Shown: positions 1 to 12,270 of the stretch, one piece after another
How the letters are laid out: each line of letters opens with the position of its first letter
Numbering within the stretch: the stretch's first letter is position 1
Source of the DNA: Octopus sinensis
Lineage: Eukaryota
Direction of reading: 5' to 3'
Assembly (NCBI RefSeq): GCF_006345805.1
Contig: NC_043000.1
Coordinates: 111,662,001-111,726,000 of the forward strand
DNA: 64,000 nucleotides
Notes under the pieces: generated by a model
Told to the model about the DNA's origin: nothing
Database searches by the model: none
The model's input: the letters and a program-made list of their open reading frames with translations, nothing else
Made by a program: the position numbers and the translations under genes

Positions 1-84
1 CTTGACGAAAGAATTTATCTAACATTCCAAAACATGACATTAAAACAATTCACTTCTGCTAATTCTTTGGAAACACAAGGCATC

Positions 85-290
85 GAACAGACAGAATCGT
101 TACCGTGCCGGTCTAAATGCTTAACAGCATTTCTTCTGGCTTTACATTCTGAGTTCAAATTCCACTGAGGTCGACTTTGCCTTTCATCATTTCGGGGGGG
201 GGGCGAAGAAATAAGTACCAGTTGAGCACTGGGGTCGATGTAATCGACTCGTGCCCTTCCCACCCATCCCCCAAAACACTTAGTCCCTTC
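85..290 (+). mobile_element. Degenerate tRNA-derived SINE, family A
   Basis: Contains ttctgagttcaaattccactgaggtcgactttgcctttcatc...aagtaccagttgagcactggggtcgatgtaatcgac, which recurs more than 12 times in the window. Confidence 0.8.
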
Positions 291-749
291 TGTCACCTTT
301 ACCAATTTCACCGATGCTTACTTTTCAAAAGCACATAAATATCCGTACGCACACACAAACACACACACATCAACAGACTTCTTCCGCGCGAGCCTCGCAT
401 CCTTTATCTTTTTCCTTTTTCGCACTTAGTGACAGACTACAGTACGAACAGGACCAGAGAGTTTCGATGTACAAGACAAACAGACATTATCTACAAGACA
501 TAATTTTGTGTGGCTTCTTCCAACTCGTCGCAGCTGTATCACTACGTAACAATTGAATAGAATCTATACTGTGCGTATACAGTAATCCCTCGACTATCGT
601 GGTTGTTACGTTCCTAAACTCCCGCGATAGATGAAAATCCGCAAAGTAGAAACAGTACTGTAGTGTATATCTTTTTTTATCATCTTCATAATTTGTTTAT
701 ATTTATTTTATCATAAATGCAAAACAACTCCACGGAGGAATCGACGAGG

Positions 750-944
750 GATTCCTAGCAATCCCTCGCCATATCGCGGTTCACCTATTGCGGTTTATTC
801 TTTAAGCATACGCCGATTCCTAGTAATCCCTCGCTATGTTGTGGTTCACCTATCGCGGTTTATTATTTAAGCATACGTCGATTCCTAGTAATCCCTGGTT
901 ATATTGAGGTTCACCTATCGCGGTTTATTATTTAAGCTTACGTC
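750..944 (+). repeat. Three tandem 65-bp units inside the MITE
   Basis: gattcctag(c/t)aatccct starts at 750, 815 and 880, and gattcct recurs at 945; bracketed by a perfect 17-bp inverted repeat at 730-746 and 941-957. Confidence 0.9.
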
Positions 945-992
945 GATTCCTCCGTGGTATTGTTTTGCCTTTATAATAAATTAAATATTACA

Positions 993-1064
993 GTTCTGTA
1001 TGGTGTAGTGGTTAAGAGCTCGAGCTACTAACCCCAAGATTCCAAGTTCGATTCCAGACAGTGA

Positions 1065-1117
<53 letters not shown>

Positions 1118-1260
1118 TCGAAAAATACCTTAAGAATGAGAACCCAGGTTCGTAATTTCCCCAAGACACCTGATGAAGGCTGGAGAGTATATCAGCTGAA
1201 ACGTTGTATTAACAACAAACAAGATGAGGACACATATCCGTCAAATGTAAATAATGTAAA
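993..1260 (+). mobile_element. tRNA-headed short element with (AAT)n centre and Penelope-like 3' part, nested in the MITE
   Basis: A-box-like tggtgtagtggtta, B-box-like agttcgattcc, (aat)n at ~1048-1115, then cctgatgaaggctg...cagctgaaacgttg. Confidence 0.7.
1166..1209 (+). ncRNA. Candidate minimal type I hammerhead ribozyme (Penelope-type)
   Basis: acac-CTGATGA-a-ggctg-(10-nt loop)-cagct-GAAACGTT-gtat: conserved core, stem II, palindromic ACGT in place of stem III, and short stem I (acac/gtat, one mismatch). Confidence 0.55.
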
Positions 1261-2041
1261 ATAAATATATACAAATTATAAAAATAATAAGTAAAAAAAT
1301 ACAGTACAATACTATTTCTACTTCGCGGATTTTCACCTATCGCGGTGGGGTTTGGAACGAACACCCGCGATAGTCGAGAGATTACTCTAGACTATCTTTT
1401 AATTTATTTCAAACAACCAGAAATAATTAACTTGTCACATCGCAATGTATCACACCTCACAACTAATAAACTGAAATATGAAAGAGTATAATAAACAGAC
1501 ACTACTTATCTATTGAGGTGACTTCAAATTTGTTCATAACTCAGTGTCTTTACCAATATAGCGTCGAGTATTATGAAATTATTACAGGATTCCAATCACA
1601 GAGTTAGTGCCCAGCATAAATCCAATAACCGTCGCTTCTCGAGTCGTACCAAAAGTAAACTAACACAAGCTGACCCTTTGCCTGTCCTGTGCATTACATG
1701 TGATACACAGGACATAGTTCCCCGGCGTCAATGCATCGTGTATGATACACATTCCTGACGCTGTTTTTTTTTTGGGGGGGGGGGGTCAACGACTAGAGTA
1801 ACTTGTAACTTAGGAAAGGAAAGCTTTATATTAATCAGAACGTACGAAACCAGGGGTAGCTGAAAGTCTGAAAACAAACGCAGAGCCTAAAGACAAACTT
1901 ATGAATATGCTTTGAACAAGTAACAGGTGAAATAAAACTGCTACTGCTTGGTGCCTAGTTTTGATCTATGTGTACTGTGATTTGCTATCAATAAATAAAT
2001 TCTATATTTCGAATTCCGCCGAGGTTGGCTTTGATCTTCGT

Positions 2042-2193
2042 CACTAGCGTAGCTAGGGTGGGGGACGGCTGGGGCGGTCCGCCCTGGGCGGCACTTTTCG
2101 GTCTGCTGTAGGCAATATGTGTTCTTTGGTGGGTCCGGGGGGCGGCAAATGGAAGATCTGCCCCGGGCAGCACACACTCTAGCTACGCTAGTG
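2042..2193. mobile_element. 152-bp GC-rich hAT-like MITE inserted into a family A SINE fragment
   Basis: TIRs cactagcgtagctag / ctagctacgctagtg; the flanks rejoin into the SINE A consensus (gaattccgccgagg...|...atcctttcggggtc). Confidence 0.75.
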
Positions 2194-2214
2194 CCCTTAA
2201 TCCTTTCGGGGTCA

Positions 2215-2935
2215 TATGTAAGGAGGTATCATATGTCCTTCATTGCTGACAGCCCTAAAACCATGACAGTTGCAGGAAGTTTTTTTTATGTATAACACTT
2301 GTAAGTTTAGAAGGGTCTGCACATAACCATCTGTCATTTCTTCCGTTAACTTTTTGAGCTTGGTCGAAATTTCTCTCGTTTGAGAAAAACCAAATCAAAT
2401 CTGCTGGATTTTTCAGTTTGTTTAAGAGCCTTTTAGATCTGATGTAGTGATTTTCTTTTACTTTTTCTGACGAATTGACCTTCCTTCATCATATAAACTT
2501 ATATCTGATGTCTTCGTGGACAACATTTCTGATTTTCCTTCTGACACATGGAGATCTTTTGCAATTGACCTTATGGACTTTCTGGAATTGCAATCAATGG
2601 TCTGTTGAACATGCGGGATAAATTAAAGTGTTCTGATGATTTCAGAGCATTTAGAATACTTTTTATGCTTTGATACTAGTGATACGTTTCCATCTTCAGT
2701 CTCTAGCTCCTTACAAACTCTGTAGATGAAAGATCTGGCAACTTTTTAAAATCAAGATATTTCTAAATCGCTATGCACAACCTTTATAACCACAATAACA
2801 GCCTGCCTCTTCATTTGTTGAGTACGATGAGGGTCTGCCATTATTATTTTCTGAAACAAAGATTAAACAGAGTTAACGAAAAATGCAGCAATGACCCCCA
2901 AAAAAGCTATGTCCTCAAATACCTTACACACCCTG
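2215..2935 (-). pseudogene. Decayed 5' half of a maT/DD37D-like Tc1-mariner transposon: left TIR plus N-terminal ~200 codons of transposase
   Basis: Minus strand begins TA|CAGGGTG at 2935; hand translation from ATG at 2814 with stops and frameshifts gives KSIRSIAKDLHVSE..IRNVVHEDIRYK..LIWFFSNERNFDQAQKVNGRNDRWLCADPS..PATVMVLG..VSNEGHMIPP. Confidence 0.85.
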
Positions 2936-3325
2936 TATGTATATGCATATGTATGCATGCATGTTTGTTTGTGTGTATGCATGCATGAATATTTATATAG
3001 GTTAATGTATACCAATCCTTACCAAGTATATAGGAATAATGCTTCGCATAATTGCCCTCTTTATAGGAAATTCATTTTCGAATAACAATTGAACTTCATA
3101 CAGTGAGAGTATATTCTTATTGTTTAACACTGGAAGCCAAAAACAATGCGATATCTGTTTTAAAAACCAGCGTAAAAGGAAAGCCTTTCATTTCTGGATG
3201 AACATAGTCCATATGTGTCTTTTTACACGCGCGCGCAAGTGTGTGTCCACGCGCGTGCGTGTGTGTAAGTTTGTGTGTGTATGTGTATATATACACATAC
3301 TATTATGGAGAAAACTGCTTATTAA

Positions 3326-3717
3326 TCTTTATATATAAAAGTGAGGTTGTGTGCTGTCTGTCTCCCACGATTTAGATTCCTAACTACTCCCACATTTTGC
3401 GGTGCAGTTTAACCAAAACCGGGTATCTTATAGTCGTGATTCATATCGAGCCCTTCTGGGTATTAGCACACGTCTACGATGTGTCTACGATTTTTAAAAA
3501 AATTACCATCAATTTTTCCCATTTTTAATGCATTTTTGGCATATATAAGGGAAGTAACTCTTTAAAAATTTATTAAATCTCAGAACGTAAAAAGCTACAG
3601 TAACACACCCCCTTTGTGGTTAGCCATATTGAGATAGCTATTATACTTTACATCTCTAAAAATGCTTATATAGTTATTTCCCTTACAAACCCGAGCAACG
3701 CCGGGCGATACTGCTAG
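3326..3717 (+). mobile_element. Non-autonomous Helitron
   Basis: Starts a|TCtttatatataaaag; ends with hairpin cccgagcaacgccggg (3690-3705) followed by CTAG|t; inserted between A and T with no TSD. Confidence 0.85.
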
Positions 3718-3924
3718 TTAGTTATAATTATGTAACTTTTGCTAGTTGAAAGCAATTATTAAATTCTTCATGGCACAGAAAGTTTTCAAAATTCCAGTTG
3801 TAATATATTTTTATCAAAATGTGTCATTCAAATTTTTTTCAACGAAACGATTAATTTTGATTCGTTGCCAGCATTTTTAAAAGTCTTAAATCGCGAGACT
3901 GCATTTTCTAACGCCTTGCTGACT

Positions 3925-4031
<107 letters not shown>

Positions 4032-4164
4032 GTCTCTTTTTGTTTATATATATATTTCTGATACTTAATTTCTTTGCTGAAAGCCTTTGCTGTTTTTATA
4101 CATTTGTAGTTAAGCTTTCAGATGGGTTATTAATAGGTTTTAGTATTTCAGTATAAATTATGGC

Positions 4165-4540
4165 AGCCAGCTGGCAGAATCTTTATCGGGCCGTGGAAAA
4201 TGATTAGCGGCACTTCGTCCGACATTACGTTCTGAGTTCAAATTCCACCGAAGTCGACTTTGCGTTACGTCCTTCCAGGGTCAATAAAATAAGTACCAGT
4301 TACGTGCTGGGATCAATGTAATCGATTTACCCCCTCCCGCGAAATTGCTGGCCTTATACCAAAATATGAAGCCAATATTTCAGTCCAAATTAAGGCAATG
4401 AGCTGGCAGAATCGCTACCACGCGTTCTGAGTTCTGAGTTCAAATGTCATTACGTTCTGAGTTCAAATGTCGCCAGGGTATACCTTGCCGTTCATCATTT
4501 CGGGGTCGATAAAATAAGTGCCGAAATTTTAAACCACTAT
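4165..4540 (+). mobile_element. Two adjacent degenerate family A SINEs
   Basis: gccagctggcagaatc...ttctgagttcaaattccaccgaagtcgactttg at ~4165-4375; second copy from ~4400 with an internal duplication of ttctgagttcaaatgtc. Confidence 0.8.
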
Positions 4541-5429
4541 TTCTGTGATCTTAAGTACCTGAAATATTTGTCCAGCGATTAAACAAAAGTTCAGCTCAGC
4601 AATAAACATTCCAGATTGGTTGAAGGAGGGCGATTGATTTACAGTAAATGCATTTAATTCTTGGTCCTTATATTACAAAAAAAAAAAAAACTCATTGAGT
4701 TTACAAAGTGACCAAACAGCTCAAGTTAGATTGAAATTCGGAAAACATTATTTGCCAAAAAGTACCAGCATACCTCAACTTACGTCGTTTCGAATTACAT
4801 CTTTTCAACTGTACACCGTTATCATTTTTTTATGAAATTGAAATTAATGGGGAAAAAAATAATAATAAGCCTCAACTTTAGTCGATTTATCCGATTCTCT
4901 GTCGGTTGCGGTGAATATATCTAAAAGTAGTTGACAAATTGCCATGAATTTTTCACACTTTTTGCGGAAAGACCAAGATATATATATTGCTTTCTCTACC
5001 ACTTATTGAATCCGGTTTTAGCTGAACGACTTAAGTACTGTCAACAGTTCGTAGCCCTTTTGTATACAAAAGTGATCATCGTTTGTCCCCAACTAGCTTG
5101 ATACAGAAAATCTTGCGAGTTTGGATCCAGTACAAGCCTAACATTCAATAAAGTGTTTATCATAAGAAAACGTTTCATTACGACGGGCGGTGAATTTGGA
5201 GAATTATGAGAAAGTCGGGAGAAATACCCCAACATTCGTTCCCGTTCTTTACATTCGGACTTGAAATCGCGCCGAAGTCAACTTAGCCTTTCTTCCCTTC
5301 GGGATCGATAAAATAAAGTACCAGTCGAGTATTAAGATTGCTATAATTGAATAACCCCTTATCGACTTGAGCCTAAAACGGAAACCATTCCCATATTTCT
5401 TTTTTTGTTTCTCAACTTTTATTTTTTAC

Positions 5430-5615
5430 TTGTTTTAGTCATTAGCCTGCGGCCATGCTGGGGCACCGAGTTGAAGAATTTTTAGTCAGACGAATCGACA
5501 CTCCCAGTACTTGTTTTTGCTTGGTACTTACTCTATCGGTCGCTTTTGCCGAAGCGCTAAGTTACGGGAACCTAAACACCGGTTGACAAGCAGTGGTGGG
5601 AGTTGAAAACAGATA
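5430..5615 (-). mobile_element. 3' half of family B SINE
   Basis: tttacttgttttagtcattagcctgcggccatgctggggcaccg...ttttgccgaagcgctaagttacggg; CpGs intact. Confidence 0.8.
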
Positions 5616-5626
5616 TAAACACACAC

Positions 5627-5629
<3 letters not shown>

Positions 5630-5704
<75 letters not shown>

Positions 5705-5961
5705 AGCAACAGGATAAGTAGTGATGCAGTACGACCGTTTCAAGCGACTCCATTTAATTGAACAATGCAATCATTACATCAATTTAAATGCAGTACCATC
5801 TTCAGCTGCACTGCATCACTACTTGATGTCCTGTTGCTTATTATGATTTAATTCACCTTACTTCGAAATTTGCAGATAATGCCGGACGGACTTGGTGCTT
5901 CAACTTAAGTACTTAATTCAACTGAATCACAATTATGTATTTATACACATACATATATATA

Positions 5962-6010
<49 letters not shown>
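5630..6010. repeat. Two (AT)n microsatellites (~5630-5700 and ~5955-6010)
   Basis: Direct reading. Confidence 0.9.
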
Positions 6011-6013
<3 letters not shown>

Positions 6014-6217
6014 AAGAAGGGTAGTAATAATTAGTTACTACCAGGTGCCCAGCACAAAAGACGAATTAGTCATAAGACAAAATATTAATCATAAAGAAAA
6101 ATATTATTCATGTAGTAATACAATTAAGGGCTCCTAAATTAGGATGCCGAGTACTGGGAACACAAAAGGGAGATGAACTTATCGAGAGTGAAAATCAAAA
6201 ACGTTTATATATATATA

Positions 6218-6376
6218 TATGACGGGCTTCTTCCAGTTTCTATCTACCAAATCTACTCGGAAAGATTTGGTCTGCCCGAGGCTATAGTAGAAGACATTTG
6301 CCCTCAGTATCACGCAGTGGGACTGAACCTGAAACTATGTGATTGGGAAGCAAGCTTCTTACCACACAGCCACTCG
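6218..6376 (-). mobile_element. 5' half of family B SINE (tRNA-like head plus CORE/Meta-like ttgggcaagtgtctt domain)
   Basis: gacgggcttcttccagtttc...gaggctatagtagaagacatttgccc...gggactgaacc...cttaccacacagccactc. Confidence 0.8.
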
Positions 6377-6924
6377 TTTTACATATTTTTTAACCTAATT
6401 TTCGACAGTTCTTATAGGCCGAGCTCCTACTTCACATCGATGGCTTTATAGAGTTCTGTGTCCTAATAGAAAGCTTTAGCTACATAAAAGTGGTCAATGT
6501 CATAAGCTACTACAAACACCTTTTATGTGATACAGCGGCGTTTGACATGGCAAACAGCGAAATGCTTTTTGCTGATTAATAGTCTATGGCGGGGGAAACT
6601 AAGGAAGTAGGTTAGGAGAACAGAGCTGCGAGCAAAACATGGTTGAGAATTACAAGTGAAGACAGAGTTTTACATTCCAATTTTCAGTAGTTGTCCACAA
6701 ATCACAGTAGGGTTAGATGGGGTCTCCTGTATAAACCTGTATAGGTTTGAGGGCCTGGAGGTCGGAGCAAACTCAAGTGCTACCACTGGCGGCATACATA
6801 CTCTCGCTATGTCACTAACAAATCAGTTGAATACCGACGTTGCCTATCCATTTACCATGTCTATCATTAGTCGCTCTAAGTAATTAAGCCGTATGAGTTT
6901 ATATAGCCAATTATGCTAGACAAC

Positions 6925-7380
6925 AACTTTAATGATAGAATACGTCATGGCCTAGTTGCCGCAGGTTTCCCTTCCCAACTCGAACCGACAGGGATAGACA
7001 GAGGAGACGGTAAAAGAATGGCCTGACAGTATGACAGTTTTGCCGTTCCGTGCTGGTAGGTCCTCATCTGGGACTCTGCATGTTGCCAGTCTTCTCCAGT
7101 GGTAACCTGGTGTGTTCTACAACCACCCGAAGCTCCACTGCTCGTCAGGCCGAGAAGGGCAAACTGTCAAAGTATCGGCTGCTCTCTGACAGGTTTATGG
7201 TTGAGCCAGTGATAGTGGAGACCTACGGTGTTCTCGGACCCCGGGCCACAACCTCGCTCATCGAAATCGGGGCGGAGTTGACTAACCACAAATGCGAGCC
7301 CTGTGAGCCAGAGTGACTGTTCCAGCGCATCTTTCTCGCCATCTTCCGGGGTAACGGCTTTCCATTTTGTCTATTGGGAC
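6925..7380 (+). pseudogene. 3' fragment of a CRE-like non-LTR retrotransposon (restriction-like endonuclease domain)
   Basis: Translation across frameshifts: NDRIRHGLVAAGFPSQLEPTGIDRGDGKR-PD..LIWD..TARQAEKGKLSKYRLLSDRFMVEPVIVETYGVLGPRA..LFQRIFLAIFRGN, matching the GKRPD..E.K..KY..P..VET.G..FQR.S.AI.RGN pattern of CRE-clade C-termini. Confidence 0.75.
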
Positions 7381-7732
7381 CATGAGGATGACTGACAAGC
7401 CTTTTGAAATATTTCTTTGCCGTGAAGAAGAAGACAGATATAATGTTTCGGGTAGAGCCCTTCATCAAATTTAGAAAATTATTTCATTAAGCATTATAAA
7501 ACAAATGCAAAAAGTAAACAGAACATCTCAAGCTTGTGTCGAATGATTTCGAAAGTATAAGCATGCTGTTGGCTATGCAACGAACTAAACTTTCCTGACG
7601 CACCATCTTCGTCCCGGTGGAGATGAAATAATTTCATTTCCAGCCGTTGTCACGTTTAGAGGAGTCGAGAATCTCGGGAACGATGTTCCATCTTGTTTGT
7701 TTTCTTCGAGCTTTGAATTTATCCTCATATTT

Positions 7733-7938
7733 TCCTTGTTTCAGTTATTGGACATGCGGCCATGCTGGTGCACCGCCTTAAAGGGTTTAGTCGAACAAAC
7801 CGACTTATTAATTTTTTAAAGTCTTGCATTTATTCCATTGTTTTCTTTGTCGAACCGCTAAGTTAAGGAGATATTAAATAACCAACACCGGTTGTCAAGT
7901 AGGGGAGGGCAAACATAAATACACATGTACGGGCTTCC
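7733..7938 (-). mobile_element. Family B SINE 3' half
   Basis: ccttgtttcagttattggacatgcggccatgctggtgcaccgcc...gtcgaaccgctaagtt; CpGs intact. Confidence 0.75.
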
Positions 7939-7950
7939 ATACAGTATCTT

Positions 7951-8363
7951 ATTTCTTTATTGCCCACAGGGGGCTAAACATAGAGGGGACAAACAAGGAT
8001 AGACAAACGGATTAAGTCGATTATATCGACCCCAGTGTGTAACTGGTACTTATTTAAGCGACCCCGAAAGGATGAAAGGCAAAGTGGACCTCGGCGGAAT
8101 TTGAACTCAGAACGTAACGCAGATGAAATACCTATTTATTTACTACCCACAAGGGGCCAAACACAGAGAGGACAAATAAGGACAGACAAACAGATTAAGT
8201 CGATTATATCGACTCCAGTGCATAACTGGTACTTATTTAATCGACCCCGAAAGGATGAAAGGCAAAGTCGACCTCGGCGGAATTTGAACTCAGAACGTAA
8301 CGGCAGATGAAATACGGCTACAAATTTCGCCCGGCGTGCTAACGTTTCTGCCAGCTCACCGCC
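7951..8363 (-). mobile_element. Dimeric family A SINE
   Basis: Full unit 8133-8363 joined to a 5'-truncated unit 7951-8132. Confidence 0.85.
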
Positions 8364-8933
8364 TTACAGTTCATACAGTTTCTGTCAACCAAATTTATTC
8401 ACAAGGCATTGGTCGGTCCCGGTTTATAGAAGAGAACCCTTGCCTAAAGTACTGCATAAGGGGACTGAACCCAAACCCACGACCTTCAGAACCACACAGC
8501 CAGGACTGCACCTTCTGAAAATTTAGTTATAAAGGGACACTAGCCATATATTTAAAAAGAGGGGGAGTCTGGTTCTTTTCAAGGCTTTCAATATCAGAAT
8601 TAACCGCTGTATAGTTAAATGCAGTGATCAGGAAGATAAGAGGGGTTAAATAAAGGCGATGTTTGACCAAGCAAACAAGAGAGAAAGTCCCAAATGTTTA
8701 TAAATATTGATTATTAAGGCTTTGTCAACAGAAGTATAATCTTTGTCATCGTTCGTTGGCATTGTAATAAATCAGTTCACAATAGAAAACTGTTGATAAA
8801 AAAAATGCAAGGTGGCGCCGTGAATTGAGATTCATTGATGATAAACGAACCGTTTAGTGTCAGCTTTCTTTCAATTATGATATAGCTTAATCGAGGTGTC
8901 TGGAGTTAATTCGTCATTGGGTTGTATTATTTG

Positions 8934-9148
8934 CGGAGGCGCGTAGCTAAATGGTTAGGGTATTCGACTCACGATCGTAAGGTCGCGAATTCGATTACCA
9001 GCGGTGCGTTGAGCTCTTGAGCAAGACACTTTATTTCATGTTGCTCTAGTTCACTCATCTGGTAAAAATGAGTGGTACCTGTATTTCAAAAGATTAGCCT
9101 TATCACATTCTATGTTACGCTGAATCTCCCTGAGAACTACATTAAGGG
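8934..9148 (+). mobile_element. Family D SINE (tRNA-like head plus ttgagcaagacactttatttca domain)
   Basis: ggaggcgcgtagctaaatggttagggtattcgactcacgatcgtaaggtcgcgaattcgattacc...ttgagcaagacactttatttcatgttgctctagttcactca. Confidence 0.75.
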
Positions 9149-9585
9149 CGAGCTGGATGAAACGTTAGCGCACCGGGCGAAATGCTTAGCGGTATTTCGT
9201 TTGCCGTTACGTTCCGAGTTCAAATTCCGCCGAGGTCGACTTTGCCTTTCATCCTTTCGGGGTCGATTAAATATGTACCAGTTACACACTGGGATCTTTG
9301 TAATCGATTTAATCCCTTTGTCTGTCCTTGCTTGTCCCCTCTATGTTTAGCCCCTTATGAGCAATAAAGAAATAAATATGTTTCCGATTAAGGCGCCGAG
9401 CTCCCAGAATCGTTACCGCACTGGAAAAAATGCTTTCTGAGTTCAAACGCTGTCGGGGTCAACTTTGCCTTTTATCCTTTCGGGGTCGATAATATAAAGT
9501 ACCAGTTGATCACTGAGGTTGAGGTAATCGACTTACCCCCTCCCCCAAAATTTCTGGCCTTGTACCAAAATTTGAAACCAGTATA
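9149..9585 (+). mobile_element. Two family A SINEs in tandem (9149-9375 nearly full length; ~9390-9585 degenerate)
   Basis: Family A consensus with tail gccccttatgagcaataaagaaat. Confidence 0.85.
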
Positions 9586-9799
9586 CGTTTCCGATTACTC
9601 GTGAGATTTAGCTGGTATTTCCAGTAAGTTCGAATGACTATACAAAGACTCCTTTGTTTGACCCAGTCAAGTTCAATGTTACATTTTGTTATTAACATCA
9701 AATTTCTTTCTTTTCACTAATATCCGGTGTTAGTTTCTTGTTAGGGTGTTATTTGATACTTAAATTCTACATTGTATTTTATTAATAGCTTCTAAATTT

Positions 9800-11070
9800 G
9801 GCACAAAGCCAGCGACTTTGCAAGTTATTTTGTAATTAGTAAAGCTTCTCATTGATATACACTTAATTGTTTAAAGGAATTTGTACAAGAGGGACATATT
9901 CTCTGCTCATAGTTTTCCGTCTAATTTAGTTGCTTTATTATGTCATGCATCGTGTTGCAGTGGTTCCCTGTTATAGTTGCAATAAATAACAAAAGTGGAG
10001 TAGTTGTATGCTCACAATAATTCCTAGAGTCATGTTTTCTTCTGAATTAATAGGAATTTCAACCGTGTTTCGTGGTCTGCTACCACAACAGCTCCTTTAT
10101 AGGATCCAGTTAGCTCAAGACATCGTCAGGAGGAACCACGTCCGGTTTCGGCCCCTACTCCTCTACCGTTTTGACGTGGATCCCCCCCCTTTTTTTTGGA
10201 GGTGTCTTCAGCTCTGGTGTTAGTTGCATGTCTTCTTTCTTTTTCTTTCTTCTGCTTCCTGGCCTCTTCGATGTAGCGTCAACAAGTGTCAGTGGGCAAC
10301 TGACTGACTTGTCAAATTTCCCTTTAAATACCTGCTGCTTTTCTAAGCAGTTATGTTCTAAGTAATTGTTGAGTTATGGGACCTTGTTGTAGATGCATAA
10401 TCACATAACAAGAAAGTCTTGTAATTGTTTGTCCAATATAACAGCTGGAATCACACTCGCTTCTGAATTTATAAAATACATTTGCTTTATTTTCTAGTTT
10501 GCTTGTTGCGCTATGTAATACAATATGCTACATTGCCTCCTTGTTATAGAAGCATAATCAGTCAACAAGAAAGAGTAGTTGCTGTATGTCCAAATTAACA
10601 GCTAGAATAACATCTGCTTCTGAATTTATAAAATACATTTGACTTTCTGTCTAGTTGTCTGGTTATGTAATTTAACGTGCTACATTGCCTCCTTGTTATA
10701 GATGCATAGTCAGTTAACAAGAGAGTGTAGTAGTTGTATGTCCAAAGTAACAACAAAAGTCATGAGGCTTATAACTTTCACGTTTGTAACCAAATTTCTA
10801 AAACATCGTTAGTCATCTAAAGTTTGTTCTGTGTGAATTGCAGCTTATTGTTTATTGCTGATGAGACTGTTGAGCTGTTGTAATATATCATTAACGTTGG
10901 TTTATGGTTGGGTGTAATTTGTATTCTGATCTGTTTGAAGAGAATTTTTATACGAAGTGTTCATCTATTCTAAAGCCAGGGTGCATTTGGTTCGCGGAAT
11001 ACGCTTTATTTTGTGGTTTATTGTTTTACTGGGTAGTGTGTTGGGTATATTTATTGCCGTGAACTTGTTT
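9800..11070 (-). pseudogene. Penelope-like element relic with a multiplied GIY-YIG endonuclease segment
   Basis: Minus translation: linker ..ITPNHKPTLMIYYNSSTVSSAINNK.., then NVFYKFRSECDSSCYIGQTITRLSCYVIMHLQQGPI with similar decayed units, and a C-terminal EALLI motif near 9850. Confidence 0.6.
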
Positions 11071-11084
11071 ACATATAGACGTGT

Positions 11085-12270
<1,186 letters not shown>

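Larger units (their letters stand above)
580..1387. mobile_element. Tigger/pogo-like MITE (Tc1-mariner superfamily) with ~70-bp TIRs and TA target duplication
   Basis: Left end TA|cagtaatccctcgactatcgtgg...gaaaatccgcaaagtagaaa; right end tttctacttcgcggattttc...cgatagtcgagagattactc|TA is its imperfect reverse complement. Confidence 0.85.

Noticed and set aside
993-1050. tRNA-like sequences here and at SINE heads (e.g. 8934, 12522, 23690, 37140-37200)
   Set aside because: A and B boxes are present but cloverleaves are incomplete and continue into SINE bodies; these are not functional tRNA genes.
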